A stretch of 62,956 bases of DNA, the filler included, from Reticulomyxa filosa (lineage: Eukaryota > Protista > Foraminifera), in the NCBI GenBank assembly GCA_000512085.1. It is 21 parts of 21 records of this genome, joined end to end, with 100 filler letters (N's around TTAATTAATTAA, not from the genome) between each part and the next. Parts side by side here need not be neighbours in the genome. Positions count along the whole stretch, not along the records: positions 59,529 to 61,714 come from ASPP01000015.1; positions 61,815 to 62,956 come from ASPP01036906.1; 19 more parts are not named here. The stretch is one strand, 5' to 3'. The translations under genes and the position numbers were made by a program. Each line of letters begins with the position of its first letter. Position 1 is the first letter of the stretch. The notes under the pieces are model-generated. The model made no database searches. It was not told the origin of the DNA and saw only the letters and a list, made by a program, of their open reading frames with translations. This document shows positions 61,374-62,956 of the stretch, piece after piece.

Positions 61374-61680
61374 ATGTCCTTTCTTGCTTCGTCTCACTAT
61401 AGTAAATCGCTATTAATAATTTGCGCGTTGTTCTTCTGTGTGTTGAGTGACGTCGTGAAGAAACGTGGCCCACTGCCTTGGGGCGAAATCGGTCATAATG
61501 ATATTTCCGGAAAGTTGTCAACTAAGGATGCTGTGGAGTTTCTGCAGCACACAATGGTAAGTGGGAGAGACAATCCAATTAACCATCAATGGTCAGTAAC
61601 AGCAAGGAGTGGCAGTGGCAAAGACACGACTTGGATTTTGCAAGTTCGAGCATGGGCTGTTCATGACATTAGCGAAAACA
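61374..61680 (+). CDS. Putative secreted protein, 5' exon
   Basis: ATG plus signal-peptide-like LLIICALFFCVLS; GT donor followed by poly-T at the contig end. Confidence 0.5.
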
Positions 61681-61682
61681 GT

Positions 61683-61714
<32 letters not shown>

Positions 61715-61848
61715 NNNNNNNNNNNNNNNNNNNNNNNNNNNNNNNNNNNNNNNNNNNNTTAATTAATTAANNNNNNNNNNNNNNNNNNNNNNNNNNNNNN
61801 NNNNNNNNNNNNNNTTTTCTCTAAAAAAGTGGAGTCTCAAAGTTATTT

Positions 61849-62910
61849 GTGTATGTTTTAGAAAAGGTCGATTGGAACGAGTTCAAAGATATAGCTGTAT
61901 CGGACGATCTCATCAATTATTATAAAGATTTACACGATTCTTCTCATCAAGATGAGAATAACAGCAGATCGCAATTGTTAAAAATTCAAATAACATTGGA
62001 GGCAATGAAATACATGGCAAAAGAATGCATAACTGAAGTATGCAGTATCCCGAAGGAATTGATAGAACGGGTAAATCGAAATCTTAATCATTGTAGCGGA
62101 TCACCATCCATGACTGATTCAGACAGCACTAACATATCGCATGCAATCGTGTTGTTAAGGGGATTTATTGAAAAGTATCACAATATAAATGAAGAAGAAA
62201 ATTTGACCAAGTTGCAAGAAGAATTGGAACAAATAGAAGTCCTTCCAATATTAATTGAACAACAAACTTCAGATAATATGTACTGGATTGTTCCTAAACA
62301 AACAACACATCCACGAAGACTACGAATCTATTTGTATTGTCCAGGATGCACAAAAATCAAGTCTGATCGTATTCGAAGTGTTTTTTTCCTTAACATACGT
62401 GGTGGTATGCTCTCTTCTTTTTTTTTTTATTATTCGTGATTGAGACAACTCTCTTAATTCATTTCAAATAAAAAATCACAGCCAATAAGCAATATCCATT
62501 AAAACTTGTAAGAGAGAACATTCCTTGGTTATATTGGAGTGATTTTGAAGTGGCTCCCAAATTTGAAATATTGTGCAGTATATCCAATCAAAAAAGAAAG
62601 GTTGCAACTGCTACCATTTCAGCTTCTTCTCAGGTTATTGTTGTGGAAGAAAAGTCTCTGCGATCCAAATCGAATCAAAAACGTGTGGCAGTATCAGGTA
62701 ACATGACGAGAACATCGGCAACCAACATCAAGCATGTGGAGATATTTGGACATTTGTTTCGTGAAATTGAGGATGAATCGTCTTTTTGTATTGCTGTAAC
62801 TATTGTCAAAGATTTAAAAAAACAACTTTCTCCCTCCGAATCTGATATCAAAGCTGCATCTATTGACATTATCCCAAAGTTAAATCAGCTCGATGTAACT
62901 CCCGAACAAG
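61849..62910 (+). CDS. Hypothetical protein, internal exons
   Basis: Open frames ~61849-62400 and ~62520-62910 (IPWLYWSDFEVAPKFEILCSI..LDVTPEQ), ending at a gtaagt donor. Confidence 0.5.
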
Positions 62911-62921
62911 TAAGTATTAAC

Positions 62922-62956
<35 letters not shown>

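Noticed and set aside
5574-61814. Regularly recurring TTAATTAATTAA flanked by Ns as a CRISPR-like or biological repeat
   Set aside because: Fixed 44-12-44 layout with stops in six frames: a scaffolding linker. ORFs ending in XXX-LIN or XXX-N are artefacts.
1-62956. rRNA, tRNA or CRISPR arrays
   Set aside because: None recognised by eye; a tRNAscan/Infernal run would be needed to exclude small RNAs.

Overview
AT-rich, intron-containing eukaryotic DNA. The window is 21 short contigs joined by 20 identical artificial 100-bp linkers (N44-TTAATTAATTAA-N44), so no synteny can be inferred across linkers. The expanded gene families (WD40 and Kelch proteins sharing a 'QYWIRxLxIKxGWIxDFD' motif, caspase-like, ART-like, tandem CAP-Gly, orphan 7TM) resemble what I recall of the foraminiferan Reticulomyxa filosa; this is an inference, not a database result. 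Recognisable genes: FHA + coiled-coil protein, UCH (C12) deubiquitinase, Yippee, Unkempt-like CCCH protein, GNAT with C-terminal SKL, Kelch, WD40, NMNAT/NadD-like, Utp23, actin-related protein, UBR-box protein, triple-PH protein, 7TM protein, ARPC3 (disrupted) and GT92 glycosyltransferase. There are many pseudogene fragments and a Ty3/gypsy RNase H-integrase relic. Best leads: (1) a ~33-aa module on its own phase-0 exon, attached to the C-terminus of Kelch proteins and the N-terminus of a WD40 protein (possible lineage-specific F-box/SOCS-box-like adaptor); (2) a decayed tyrosine-recombinase (Crypton-like) element missed by the ORF track; (3) fold-back introns with 5' poly-T and 3' poly-A instead of a polypyrimidine tract; (4) a tandemly duplicated, intronless, tightly packed orphan cassette with a chimeric breakpoint; (5) a ~113-nt hairpin with a GC-rich core.
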